The notes below the pieces were generated by a model. It saw nothing but the letters and a program-made list of their open reading frames with translations, had not been told where the DNA came from and did no database searches. A stretch of DNA of 64,000 bases from Oopsacas minuta. Its lineage: Eukaryota > Animalia > Porifera. The position numbers and the translations under genes were made by a program. Numbering within the stretch: the first letter of the stretch is position 1; every line of letters begins with the position of its first letter. The stretch is taken from positions 155,807-219,806 of the forward strand of contig JAKMXF010000301.1 in the NCBI GenBank assembly GCA_024704765.1. Direction: 5' to 3'. Positions 27,499 to 38,300 of the stretch are shown piece by piece.

Positions 27499-27943
27499 AC
27501 AGTTGATATTGCAGTAATCTATATGCGTTACTATAGTTAGAATGGATTAGAATGTTTCATTAAATTTGTGTGCTTAGTACAAATCTAATAGAGACTCGAT
27601 TCTAACAAGCCAGTTTTCAAATGTAAATATCTCAAAAAGTTTTGCTTATTTTACCATAATATTTTAAACACATAAAAGTCCATACAGCAGGAATACATGC
27701 CCATGATTTCAGGAAAAAATAATTTGTTTAAGTATACTAAATTCCTATGTGAACTACTGCTGGTTAGATGCACCAATTTCTATTAGAAAAAATTAAAGTT
27801 TACAAAATATACATTTATTTTCAGAAACGTCCGTATCTCTTCTTTCAAATGACCTAAAAATATTTACATTCTGACCATGGGAAGTTGGTCAAATTAATGG
27901 TTGAAGTACTGCTGGTCGAATATTCAGCCAACTTCACACCCGT
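27499..27943 (-). repeat. Right long TIR of the MULE
   Basis: Reverse complement of 21973-22416. Confidence 0.95.
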
Positions 27944-28349
27944 TATCTGATAAGACTTCGAACATCAAAGTTATTCTAAATTTAACACCATTTCTAACGC
28001 TATCTGGTGACCAAACAAAATTCAATAATGGGATTTGTCACTTTTTCACGTAGGGGCAAAGAATGACAAAAACCATAAATGAAAAATATGAGGAAATTAC
28101 CTTCCCACCATGTATAATAGAATTTTATCTAAATTTTCCAGGCATAAAACAGAAATTTTGCGGGACTAATCCTCTCTTATTTGTTAATCATTTTTTAGTT
28201 TTTTAATTTCTCTATTATTTAGTGATACGATCGAATAATTTTTTTCTCCTACTCGTTAAGTGTTTATTAGTTTATACAATATGCTTACTTTCTTTGTGTT
28301 ATTTGTTTCGCTGTATTATGTTTCGCATTTCTAGTATATCTTCCAGAAA

Positions 28350-29423
28350 ATGGCTACCTCAAATTTGTCAAGTCCCTCACTCGATATTATTCCTCAATAT
28401 AAGATTTCATCTTTCCAAGATATTCCTAAACCAAGAGTTTATTGTTCTGTTTGTTCAATTGATAAACGAATCTTCGTAATTGGAGGTTGTGATTCTAAGG
28501 GTAAATCTCTGAACACAACATTTGTATATTCTGAATCTTGTAATTGGGAGATATGGCCCAAAATTCCTCGAAACCGTTCTGCTTCTACATTAGTATTGAC
28601 AAATAATTCAATTTTTTTGATTGGCGGTGTCGATGAGAATCAAAACGCAATTATAGAGGTCGATTCCTTAAACTTTGTTAGCCAAATTTGGAGAACAGAT
28701 TTTTCACTCCCTGTTGGTGTGGTTGGATGTGGTGCTTTTTTATATGATAATAAAATATTTGTTGTTGCTGGTGCAACAACTGATAATATATCTCAGAGAT
28801 TCTTTGGTTATTTTGATATTCTGAATTGTTTATGGGTTAATCTCCCAGATATTCCTACCGCAAGATACGCGATGTCAACATATGTATATGATGATTTTCT
28901 ATATGTAATCGGTGGGAGAGATGTCTTGAAACCTATGGTTGAAATTGAAGCCTTTGATTTAAAGCAGTCAATTTGGAAGACATTACCATCTATCCCTAGT
29001 AGAAGAGCTTATTCCTGCACTTTGGGTTATAAGAAATATATATATCATATTGGTGGTGTGAGTGAAGGAGTTGGTACTTGGAAGCCCAATGTCCGGAAAC
29101 TATGTGAAAGATTTGATATCTCAACTTCTCAATGGGTTAAACTTAAGCCATTGAAATATCGAAGAACAGATTTTGCTGCTTGCATAATAATGGATAAAGT
29201 AATTGTTGCTGGAGGAGTATCAGAGCAGAATGATCAGTTAGTACCAATTTCAGATGCTGAATTATATAGCTACGAAAAGGATAAGTGGGAATCAATTGTT
29301 TCATTATCGATCCCTCGGTGTAGCATTTCATGTTGTTCATATCTTGCTGGAATGTTAATTATTGGTGGAATGGGACCAGGAGGCCCACAGAAAAAAGTAG
29401 AATTCATTCAGATCTCTAGCTAG
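28350..29423 (+). CDS. KLHDC8: Kelch domain-containing protein 8-like (six-bladed kelch propeller), intronless host gene, 357 aa
   Basis: Six GG..W kelch repeats collinear with recalled KLHDC8A/B motifs: PRVYCSV, GGCDSKG, GGVDENQ, PSIPSRRAY, RRTDFAA, PRCSIS, GGMGPGGPQKKVE. The ORF is intact. Confidence 0.88.
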   Translation: MATSNLSSPSLDIIPQYKISSFQDIPKPRVYCSVCSIDKRIFVIGGCDSKGKSLNTTFVYSESCNWEIWPKIPRNRSASTLVLTNNSIFLIGGVDENQNAIIEVDSLNFVSQIWRTDFSLPVGVVGCGAFLYDNKIFVVAGATTDNISQRFFGYFDILNCLWVNLPDIPTARYAMSTYVYDDFLYVIGGRDVLKPMVEIEAFDLKQSIWKTLPSIPSRRAYSCTLGYKKYIYHIGGVSEGVGTWKPNVRKLCERFDISTSQWVKLKPLKYRRTDFAACIIMDKVIVAGGVSEQNDQLVPISDAELYSYEKDKWESIVSLSIPRCSISCCSYLAGMLIIGGMGPGGPQKKVEFIQISS

Positions 29424-29800
29424 TCTAGTATTTATTTTATGCACTTTAATTATGTTTATCTTATTGTATTTACTATTTATAGGTTCGATTTTTTTTCAGC
29501 CCGTGCTGAATTGTCATCGACCATGTGTAGTTCCCTGTTGTCAATGCAGCATTTCAAAATCTAATAATGAAATCCTTATTGAACTGGTTCATTTTCCATA
29601 TTTGTCAGATTTCAGTATTTGTGGAGCGGTTGTATTGTAAGCCTCTGAGTATTGACAAGTAAAAACATAATCTATAGAATCGCAAAAATTCTGCTTATGT
29701 CACCAAAATATGGAGTGGTCAATGTGACGTCATTATATTTAGCCAGATGGAAATGTTAGAACCTCCTATAATATATTATCATATATAGGTGGTATCCTCT

Positions 29801-29842
29801 CACAGTGTGGCACAAAGGCGAAAATGAGGGATTAGCCAAATT
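29801..29842 (+). repeat. 3' TIR: heptamer + 23-bp spacer + ATTAGCCAAATT
   Basis: CACAGTG (29801-29807), TGGCACAAAGGCGAAAATGAGGG, ATTAGCCAAATT (29831-29842). Confidence 0.85.
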
Positions 29843-29992
29843 GCAACTTCAAATCGATAATATTTGTATTATACTTATATATATAAAATCAACCCCATAC
29901 ATTTCACTGGACAAGTCAAATTTCAATTATCTCACTCGAAATATGTGAGGATGACGTCACCACTAAAATCACTAATTCATAATTTTAATAGA

Positions 29993-32030
29993 CTACAGGT
30001 ATTCATAAAGGGTATCCTGTTCAGATGTTTCAAGCATGCTATCTTCGTTTGATTTAGCCTTTCTAATACTTTTGTGACGATTTAAAACCAATACAGGGTC
30101 ACTGAACCACAAAAGTCTGACTAAAATATCACGAAAGTTGTCAGAAAAGGATGTTTTTCTTGGTAAATTTTCTCTATACCTTCTGACATACTTATTGTAA
30201 GCCTCTAAACATTCTTCAGAAAGGTTTTGTAGTCCATAACCATGGTTATAGCGATAAATTATTTGAAAACAATGAGCAAGCAGTTTACGAAAAGAGGGAG
30301 AGATGCTTACCCAAGGAAAGTGATTCAAAACAATTTCATATGTTTCCTTGCAAACATTTTCAAGACCATGGCAATTAATGTGGTCTTTGCTGTTAACTAT
30401 CCTCAAAATCACCGAGAGGTTGTTATGAATGATTTTAAGGATTGGTTTATCAACTGGGTTAATAGTGGAGGTTCTCGATCTGAAGAAATCGCTTTTATCT
30501 CGGAAGCAGTCTCATGCAACATGACCAGTTGTTGAAGTCCCCCTTGACTAGATGGAATATCGATTTTGATACTACATTTTCCTTCTATAATTGATCTTAT
30601 TCGTTTCAAAGAATCCTGTACTTTTGTGCATGTAGGTGCCCACTTTTTACAACATGCGTCTAAGTGATATATGAGTAACATATACCACCTGAAGACACAG
30701 AGCTACGCATGCAATGGAGAAGCTACTAAGATGTTTATTTCGGAAGTAGAGTGGTGAGTAGGGCAAATATTTCTTCCTCATTAATATCGTCAAATAGTTG
30801 ATTAGCATTAATAATGTATCTATTAATTGGAAAACCTGATCTGGCCCACTCTAAACTATTGATTTCCTTTCCTGTGGCCGTGCAAAGATGACATGATGCA
30901 CCGCCCGCTCCATCAAATAGACCTGCCATTTTGGTATCAAATATAGATCGAATAATTTCTACTTCTATGTGACCATTTTCAACTGCAATTCCTTGTTCTA
31001 CAAGTAATTTAGTTGCCGGATTTATGAGTGTATCCATAATAAATTTAACGTTTTCGTGATTTTCCTTCAACGCAATTAAGCAGACTGCCCTGAATGAAAA
31101 AGGTGAATTGGTGGAAGTATTGGCGTATAATGGGAAACCTGTGTTATCTGTTATACTGAGAACTTTAAATCCGAATAGAATAATATTGTGTGTATCTAAA
31201 CCTAGATTTGAGTTCGCTTGGTTGTAAGACTTGTGTGAGCCTCATCCAAATAGACCGTCTGCATTTCGAACTGACAAAGGATATTGTGAGTTGTTTACAA
31301 TGGAATCGAAGCTTAAAAGATGTCGTTGGATTGTTAGTTCGAGTATTTCGAAATAAGGAACTGATACACCAATAGAGTGACCTTCAAGGTTAATGACAAA
31401 TAAAACGCTCCGTAAAAGAGAAATTTCTTGACGGTATTGCGATATTACTTTATACGATGGGGATAGATATCTTGTTTCAGTAATTTCTTCAACTGTGTGT
31501 ATTTGAATGCTCCAATTTCGAGAAGATCTATTATATAACTTGACATAGGTGTCGAAACTTTCTTTACATTTCGTACGTGCCTGTTGCGATTATTTCTTTG
31601 CATATACTGGAAGTTTCTCGATCATATTCCTGATTAGAAATTAATTCCAGAGCTAAAGCAGCAACTTTCTTATCGTCAACCTGCTCCCTTTGGGCAACGA
31701 ACTGAATATGCTTTAGCAAACGTTCAAACGGTTTCGAGCAGCTTTCATTGTGAGTTTGAATAATGGTTTTCTGATCTTTGTTAGATTCTCTTCAATAAAT
31801 GAGTGCTGCTCAGGGATAGAATCGACTGTGTCAATCGACATTTGTGATCCAGAGTTACAAGTAGTGACTAAATAAAACTCCATACCCTCCCAACATTTAA
31901 GTTGTAAATCTTCTGGTAATGATCTCTGGATTTTCGAAGATTTCTTAATTTCCAACGAATAGTTCAAACAGATCATCTGACAAGGAATGAACTTCAATTA
32001 TCTGACGAGCTGCACCAGAACAATTCCAAC
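29993..32030 (-). pseudogene. RAG1-like transposase pseudogene (NBD-like region, DDE core, Zn-binding motifs)
   Basis: RKPLFKLTMKAARNRL; NADGLFG*GSH (first Asp region); NSPFSFRAVCLIALKENHE; RSIFDTKM..GASCHLC; PWVSISPSFRKLLAHC; LSEECLEAYNKYVRRYRE..RKTS..SDP. Several frameshifts and stops. Confidence 0.88.
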
Positions 32031-32660
32031 CATGTGATTTAAAATATCGTATGCTTCTTTTTGTGAAATAAATGTTTTATCCATTGAACTGGTGGAAAGA
32101 AGTAATGTCTACTAAGTATCAATAATTGGATAAATAATACAAGTTTGAAATTGAGCCGGTTCCAGGGAATTTGGATTGAAATTCGAAATGGTGGGGAATG
32201 GGACGCAAATAATTGTATAAAATTATGGGTAATACAGTACTTTAACATTGTTAAAAATATAGAGGCCCCATACTGTACCCATTTAAAAATCTACCTGAGT
32301 ATGTCGAAATACATCCCGATATTTGATAATTTTCGGGGCTTCGAAAAGAGTTCTCTCAAAATTTCTATTAAGTTTGGGAGATATTAATGTTCAAAGTTAT
32401 GTATGATAGGGAATACTTATAAATGAATCACGAATTGAATTACTTGCAAATAGGCATTTTGATTGCGTCTACTGTTAGAATTTATGATAACGTAATTATA
32501 GTTCGGAAAATGTTTTGAAACCTTATAAAATTACGTCATTAGATAATGAGAATTTAAATCCACAAATAGAAGCTGAAACACAGTAAACACAATATAGTTG
32601 TATTCTCGACAGACTCTTTAACAATATTACAACATTTACAGGTAGTTATGAGACTACAAA

Positions 32661-32693
32661 AATTTGGCTAATTCTAGATGATGCCACACTGTG
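32661..32693 (-). repeat. 5' TIR: heptamer + 14-bp spacer + ATTAGCCAAATT
   Basis: Reverse complement reads CACAGTG, TGGCATCATCTAGA, ATTAGCCAAATT. Confidence 0.85.
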
Positions 32694-33489
32694 CCTCTAG
32701 AGCAAGAATCCTGATTATTTAGAACCACACCTTAACAATCCTTACAACGTCATGCTACATTTCGTAGAAGTGCAAGATTTCAACCCCAAATTCTTCTTTA
32801 AATGGTGCTAAATCAGTATCCTACATTTAATCCACCTAATGATCGACATTAATTAGACTTAATGTTATTCTAATATATTGAAATTTCTTTAGAGTGGCCT
32901 AATTTCAAAAATGTCCAATTTTTGGAATTTTTAGAAATTCCGAAATTTATTTTCTAAAAAGTGTCAGATGCAATGTGTTGTAACTTCGAGAATTCTATAT
33001 GCTAACAAGGAACCTGCATGTTTCAACTCATTGGATACTTTTCGAAATTTGGTCATGAATTCATTTGTGAAACTGACTACCCTCACTACAAACATATTGT
33101 GAGATTTCCAATTATTGTCACAAAAGTTTTAGACTAAATGATGTAGATAATTCATGAAAAATATACAGTAGAGTCTCGTTAATAGGGACACCAGAAGACT
33201 GCCGAATTCGTACTCCTTACCAGGAGTACGTATTATCCGAAATAATTTACATTAATAAAGGAATGTAGTAAGCTCTTAGTTCACGAGCTTTTCTTGTGAT
33301 TCTTTGCGACATACGCATGATTTTTTCTGACATATAGACCTGATCTCAACACGTAACTACTATCTGAGATCAATTTAGATCCTTCTGACGTTCTGGGTAT
33401 ACTTGCAACCCACCTCTGGAAGAATATTTAAAAATATCATTAACTTAGAAATATAGCCCTGGCTAGAGTAACAATTTTATATAATATAT

Positions 33490-33658
33490 CAGGGGCCGTA
33501 GCCTTCGGTCCGGTTGGTCAGGTTTCAACCTGACCAATTTTACTACCAAATTTTCCAATAAATCACCAACTGGTCCAGTTGTAGAAGTTTACCTGATCAC
33601 TTGGTCTTGGTTATCCTGTTTTCGACCGGACCACTAGTGTTTCATGACTACGGCCCTG
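33490..33658. mobile_element. Short hAT-like MITE
   Basis: Ends CAGGGGCCGTAG / CTACGGCCCTG with inner inverted GGTCCGGT/ACCGGACC; no TSD recognised. Confidence 0.5.
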
Positions 33659-33835
33659 CCAGTAAGGGGAAGGGGTAGCAAGCGAGCATTTGTTTTCATT
33701 TGAAAATCCCGAAACACCACCTGTTTACATCACAATAATCTTTAGACAGCCTACTAAAACTACTTGAAGTGACAAAGCCAACAATATCAGTAGTATTGGG
33801 TTGGGTTAACCGATGTTGTCAGTATTCCGTTAAGT

Positions 33836-35547
33836 CGGTGGTCGGAAATTAGGGGCAAATTACCCCATTGGGGGTAATTTCAGGTTTACTGAAGGTAACG
33901 AGACTTATCCGGAATAAAATAGTATGAACGGAACTTCGTGCCCACAAAATGAGTGCAGCCAATTCAAAATTTCAGTAATTAATATTATAATAATAGCAGC
34001 AATCATTTTTATCAATTCGTGTGTATTGATATATCTTGCTCAATTTTCACTTCTAATCTCCTTTACAGCATGATAAATTCTAGAAAGCGTGTATTCAAAG
34101 ACGAATTCTTGGAGTATGGCTTCATCGCAACAACCGAATAAGGAGTTATAAAGCCGCAGTGCGTCATCTGTCTGGCTGTGCTGTGTCCGAAGTCCCTCAA
34201 ATCATTTCAGCTTCAGAAGCATTTGCGCAACAAACACCCTGAACTTGCGGACATGCCAAAGGAATTTTTCGCCCATAGAGAAGTCAAGTGAAAAAACAGA
34301 GGCGGGATCTCATACCAAAGTGACATTTGATCAGCGGGACTCCTTAAGAGCAAGCTTGGAAGTCGCATGGCTTATAGCTCGTGCAAAAAGCCGCACAACA
34401 TTGGTGAGGAACAAATCAAGCCGGTTGCAACAAGGATGACAGAGATTATGTGTGGGAAGGAGCAAGCAGCAAAACTTGGAAAGGTTTCATTGTCAGCAAA
34501 GACGGTTTCGAAGAGGTTGGACGTGTTGGTACAGAACATCAAGGAACAGTTGATCATTTCCATAAAGAAGAGTCGACAGTTGCAATACAATTGGACGAAA
34601 CTACGGATGTCGGGAGCGATCCCCAGCTCATGGTATACATCAGATATCGAGATGAATGCAGGATCGGAGAAGAGATGTTGTTCTACAGCCCACTGGAAAC
34701 TAGAACCCGTGGTGTCGACATTTTCAACATGATTGACAAATTTTTTACATCGACAGATGTTGATTTGTACTGGACTGATTGTATTGCAGTTTCAACCGAC
34801 GGAGCTCCAGCCATGGTTGGGATAAACAGGGGATTTGTCGCCCTAGGTGAAGAGAGAAAACCCAAGAATCATGTCCACACATTGCATGATTCACCAACAG
34901 GCATTGGTTGTGAACGCATTGGACCCGATCTGGAACAATTAATGAAAGATGTGACCAAGATCATCAACTTGATCAAGGCCCAGCCACTAACCTCCCGATG
35001 TTCCGCCAATTCTGTGATGAAGCAAATTCGGAGTCTCTACTTTGCTCTTATACAGTGAGATACGGTGGCTGTCATGTGGCAATGCCCTGGAGAGACTTTA
35101 GATCCTGAGGCTGAAGTTAATATTTTCTGACGGACAAGAAGCACTGCCTGGCCACCCACTTTCAAGAGACCATGTGGCTGTCTCGGTTTGCATATTTAGT
35201 GGATTTTCGGGCACTTGAACGAAATCAACACTAGTCTACAAGGTCCAAATCATAGCATTATTCTGATTAACCAGAAGATTTGTGCATTTAAAGCAAAACT
35301 CGAACTTTGGACAATGAGAGCTGTGGGAGGGAAGATTGCATCTTTCAGCCGTCTCGCGAAGTACCTCGAAGACAACGAACTACATGCTAAGAAAAGAATT
35401 AGATTCATTAGTTTTACTCAGGTTGTCTCGTCTATAAATGAAGCAGCTTGTTATTTGTGTTTATTAATATAGTTCCTGAATTCGGGGTAACGGTGATGCT
35501 CTGAGCTCTGAAATGGGGTATTAGTAAAACATAATTGCCGGCCACTG
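33836..35547 (+). mobile_element. hAT Buster/ZBED5-like element (internally deleted, defective)
   Basis: Perfect 8-bp TSD CGTTAAGT with central TA; ends CGGTGGTCGG / CCGGCCACTG. Fragments: YGF..PQCVIC, AKKPHNIGE, IQLDETTDV, STDGAPAM, EIRWLS. Confidence 0.9.
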
Positions 35548-37224
35548 CGTTAAGTCAATTGTATGCTTCTATTATCAGCATTCGGTAAGGATGCTATTCA
35601 TGAATACTAGTTTTTGGTTCAAACGATTTCAACATTCATACTTGATCTTTATTCCCAAGCAACCAAGCACTTCAAAATCTGAGAAATTCTAGGAAACATA
35701 CAAAAATTCAGAAATTTAAGTGTGAATTCTCTTAGGATTTGCGGCAATGGTGCGGAAAGATATTTGTATTACAGTACACCCTAGCTAATCCGACCTACAC
35801 TGTTCCAATTTCCAAATATATCGTTGGGATTAATGAAATCCATTGAAACAATAGTATTGGATATACGAGTATAAGTACAATTCCGGAAACAGTACAAATA
35901 GGGAAAATGTGTATGCTGAATTTTGTAATTGTCCGCAACATTATTGAATACAATTTCTTATGAACATTTCCCAAAATTATATCACCTTTTGGCCTGTTCA
36001 GATTTGCGAGGGTTCGGAATTACGAGTTTCAGATTTCTATGAGGCTACTGAATATGGATTACATTTTGCAAATATTCACCAAAACTTGACAACCTGTATA
36101 CTGTGGCCAAAACAAATATATAGTACATACCCGACCCCACACCCTAATGACATAAAATATACAGAGCATTAAAGGAACATGCTCCTATTAAACCAAACAA
36201 CTAATAAATTTCATGGTTATTCTGCATCAAATTCAGTGTTCTTTGCTATAAAAAGTGGAATCTGATACACTTTGACGTTGCATATTTAGAAATTTCCAGA
36301 ATGGATAATGGTTAAATCAGAGAAGCAGCGGTCCGGTCCGATTTTTCTTAAGTGCTCCGAACCGATACATCAGTCCTGATGCATTGGTCTGGGACAATAC
36401 ATGATCCTCGATCAGACAAACGATGCACATACGTAAATTTGACAAGGCTAGAGAAGGATAAAAATCTCAAATCACCCCCTGTACCAACGGAATTTCATTA
36501 AATTAATTAATATAGTGAGTCTTGAATCTATAATTTTCTACCAAATAATTTCGCATAATATGATGTCTCTTTATTATGAATAACATTTTTTGTCCCTTGA
36601 TGATTACGATTAGCGAGTCTGACTGCATAGTGTATAAACGGTATTTACCCAAGTCTGAAATCCTAAGTTAATGGCTATCTATCTACTATAATCTATACTA
36701 TTATAACTCTGTACTATCGCGCTTCGTTTGTTAAGTCGCTGCGCGACAGCTTAGTGACTCAGGTTAGCTTGAATATTAAAGAGCTAAATTTCTTAATGGT
36801 TTGAGTTGTTACGAAACCGGGTATTATACTCTGCACTACATGCCTCGACGATAAATATTTTCGGAAATTTACATTCTATTATCCATAGTCCATCCAAATT
36901 CCATTAATCGAAATTTGGATAATTTGTATTTTTAAGGTCATGATGACGTAATAATCCTATAAGAAGTTAGCTTTACATAAGAATCACAGCGCCAGCACTT
37001 TTGTCAAATTTAAGAGTACCTGTGATTCAAATCTCAAACTTCTATCATGTATAGTAGCTGAACAGTGGTGAATAATGTGATTTTCGAAGATCTACAAAGG
37101 TGACAATAACGTCATATTTTCGGTGTAGGTGGGAATTTCCGTCCCAGACCCGAACTTATCTGAGCCAGGCTAAATACCCCTATTCTTCAATCAACTATGC
37201 ACATACAAACTTATATATATATAT

Positions 37225-38300
37225 ATATATTACAGCCTACGAAACTAAAGCCTATTCACGATATTTAACCATGGATTACTTCAAGTCTATAAAATTTGAA
37301 CTACAATTCAATTTATATTGATAAAACAAAATCTGTGTATTTATGCTCGAATAATGTAATATTGATAATTAATAAATTACAGAAGCCATATTATCCAACT
37401 ATTAGGGTTTGAAATGACGTCATTTGTTTGGTTAGAAGGGCAATATGTTGTTAAAAATGCACTATTTTTATAGCTCTGATAAACGATCACTAGTGCTTCT
37501 TCGATTCCCGGAATTAATATCAAGTGTTCACAGGATGTTTATATATATTATATAGTATTGTTGTCATTATAAATTGTCACGTAGCTGAGTTATATTAGAT
37601 ACCATGGATGGGACATATTTGGTAAAATCCCTTAATAACTCGATAGTCGCTAGTGTTATTATCAAATAGGTCCAACCAATGTGTACTATAAACCCAACTT
37701 CCCATACCCTTGTATTATATTTTCATACGATATCTTGAAGTATTATTGCGTAATCTTGATAATGACCAAACATGGGCATAATTACAATTACGCCACACCG
37801 GTTTGGGAAATCTTATGTCAATGCATTACAAGGATATGGGAAGTTGGGTATATAGTACATACTGGTTGGACTTATTTGATAATAACTCTAGCGACTATCG
37901 AGTTAATAAGAGATTTTACCAAGTAATTCCCATCCATGATATCTAATATAACTCAGTACGCGACAATTTATAATAACAAAAATTAATATTATATGTATAA
38001 ACATCCTGAGATCACTTGATATGAAGTCTGGAATCGAAGAAGCACTAGTAATCGTTTATCAGGGCTTTAAAAATGGTGAATTTTAACAACATATTGCCCA
38101 TCTAACCAAACAGATGACATCATTTCAAATTGGTAATACTTGGATAATATGCCTTGTATAATTTATTAACTATCAATAATACATTTATTCGAGCCAAAAT
38201 ACACCAATTTTATATAATCAAGAAAAATGTAACTCCAAATCAATTTCTTAGACTTGATGTAATCCATGGTACATGGAATTCTAGACCGTGAATAGGCTAT
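37225..38300. repeat. ~1.1-kb imperfect foldback (long inverted repeat)
   Basis: Arms ~37225-37710 and ~37830-38300 are reverse complements, e.g. CTAGTGCTTCTTCGATTCC versus GGAATCGAAGAAGCACTAG. No ORF. Confidence 0.65.

Larger units (their letters stand above)
21973..27943 (-). mobile_element. NOF-FB-like Mutator (MULE) element with long TIRs and C-terminal OTU domain (defective)
   Basis: ~445-bp near-identical TIRs and candidate 9-bp TSD TACGTGATA/TATCTGATA (7/9). Minus-strand fragments: LHLDATGS..YYYAL, PVAEMIS, EIDYSWALI, IHVCSAH, NANAENWFRIVK. Confidence 0.8.
29801..32693 (-). mobile_element. RAG1-like/Transib transposon, 2893 bp, both ends and TSD present
   Basis: Both ends read CACAGTGTGGCA inward (29801-29812; reverse complement of 32682-32693). 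A perfect 5-bp TSD CCTCT lies at 29796-29800 and 32694-32698. Internal minus-strand RAG1-core-like ORF. Confidence 0.92.

Noticed and set aside
28350-29423. Kelch ORF as RAG2-like partner, making a ProtoRAG-type two-gene transposon
   Set aside because: It lies outside the CACAGTG end and CCTCT TSD, has canonical kelch repeats collinear with KLHDC8 and no PHD, and is intact while the transposase is decayed.
29801-29842. V(D)J recombination signal of an antigen-receptor locus
   Set aside because: No Ig/TCR segments and no ACAAAAACC nonamer; the heptamers face inward as transposon ends bounded by a TSD.
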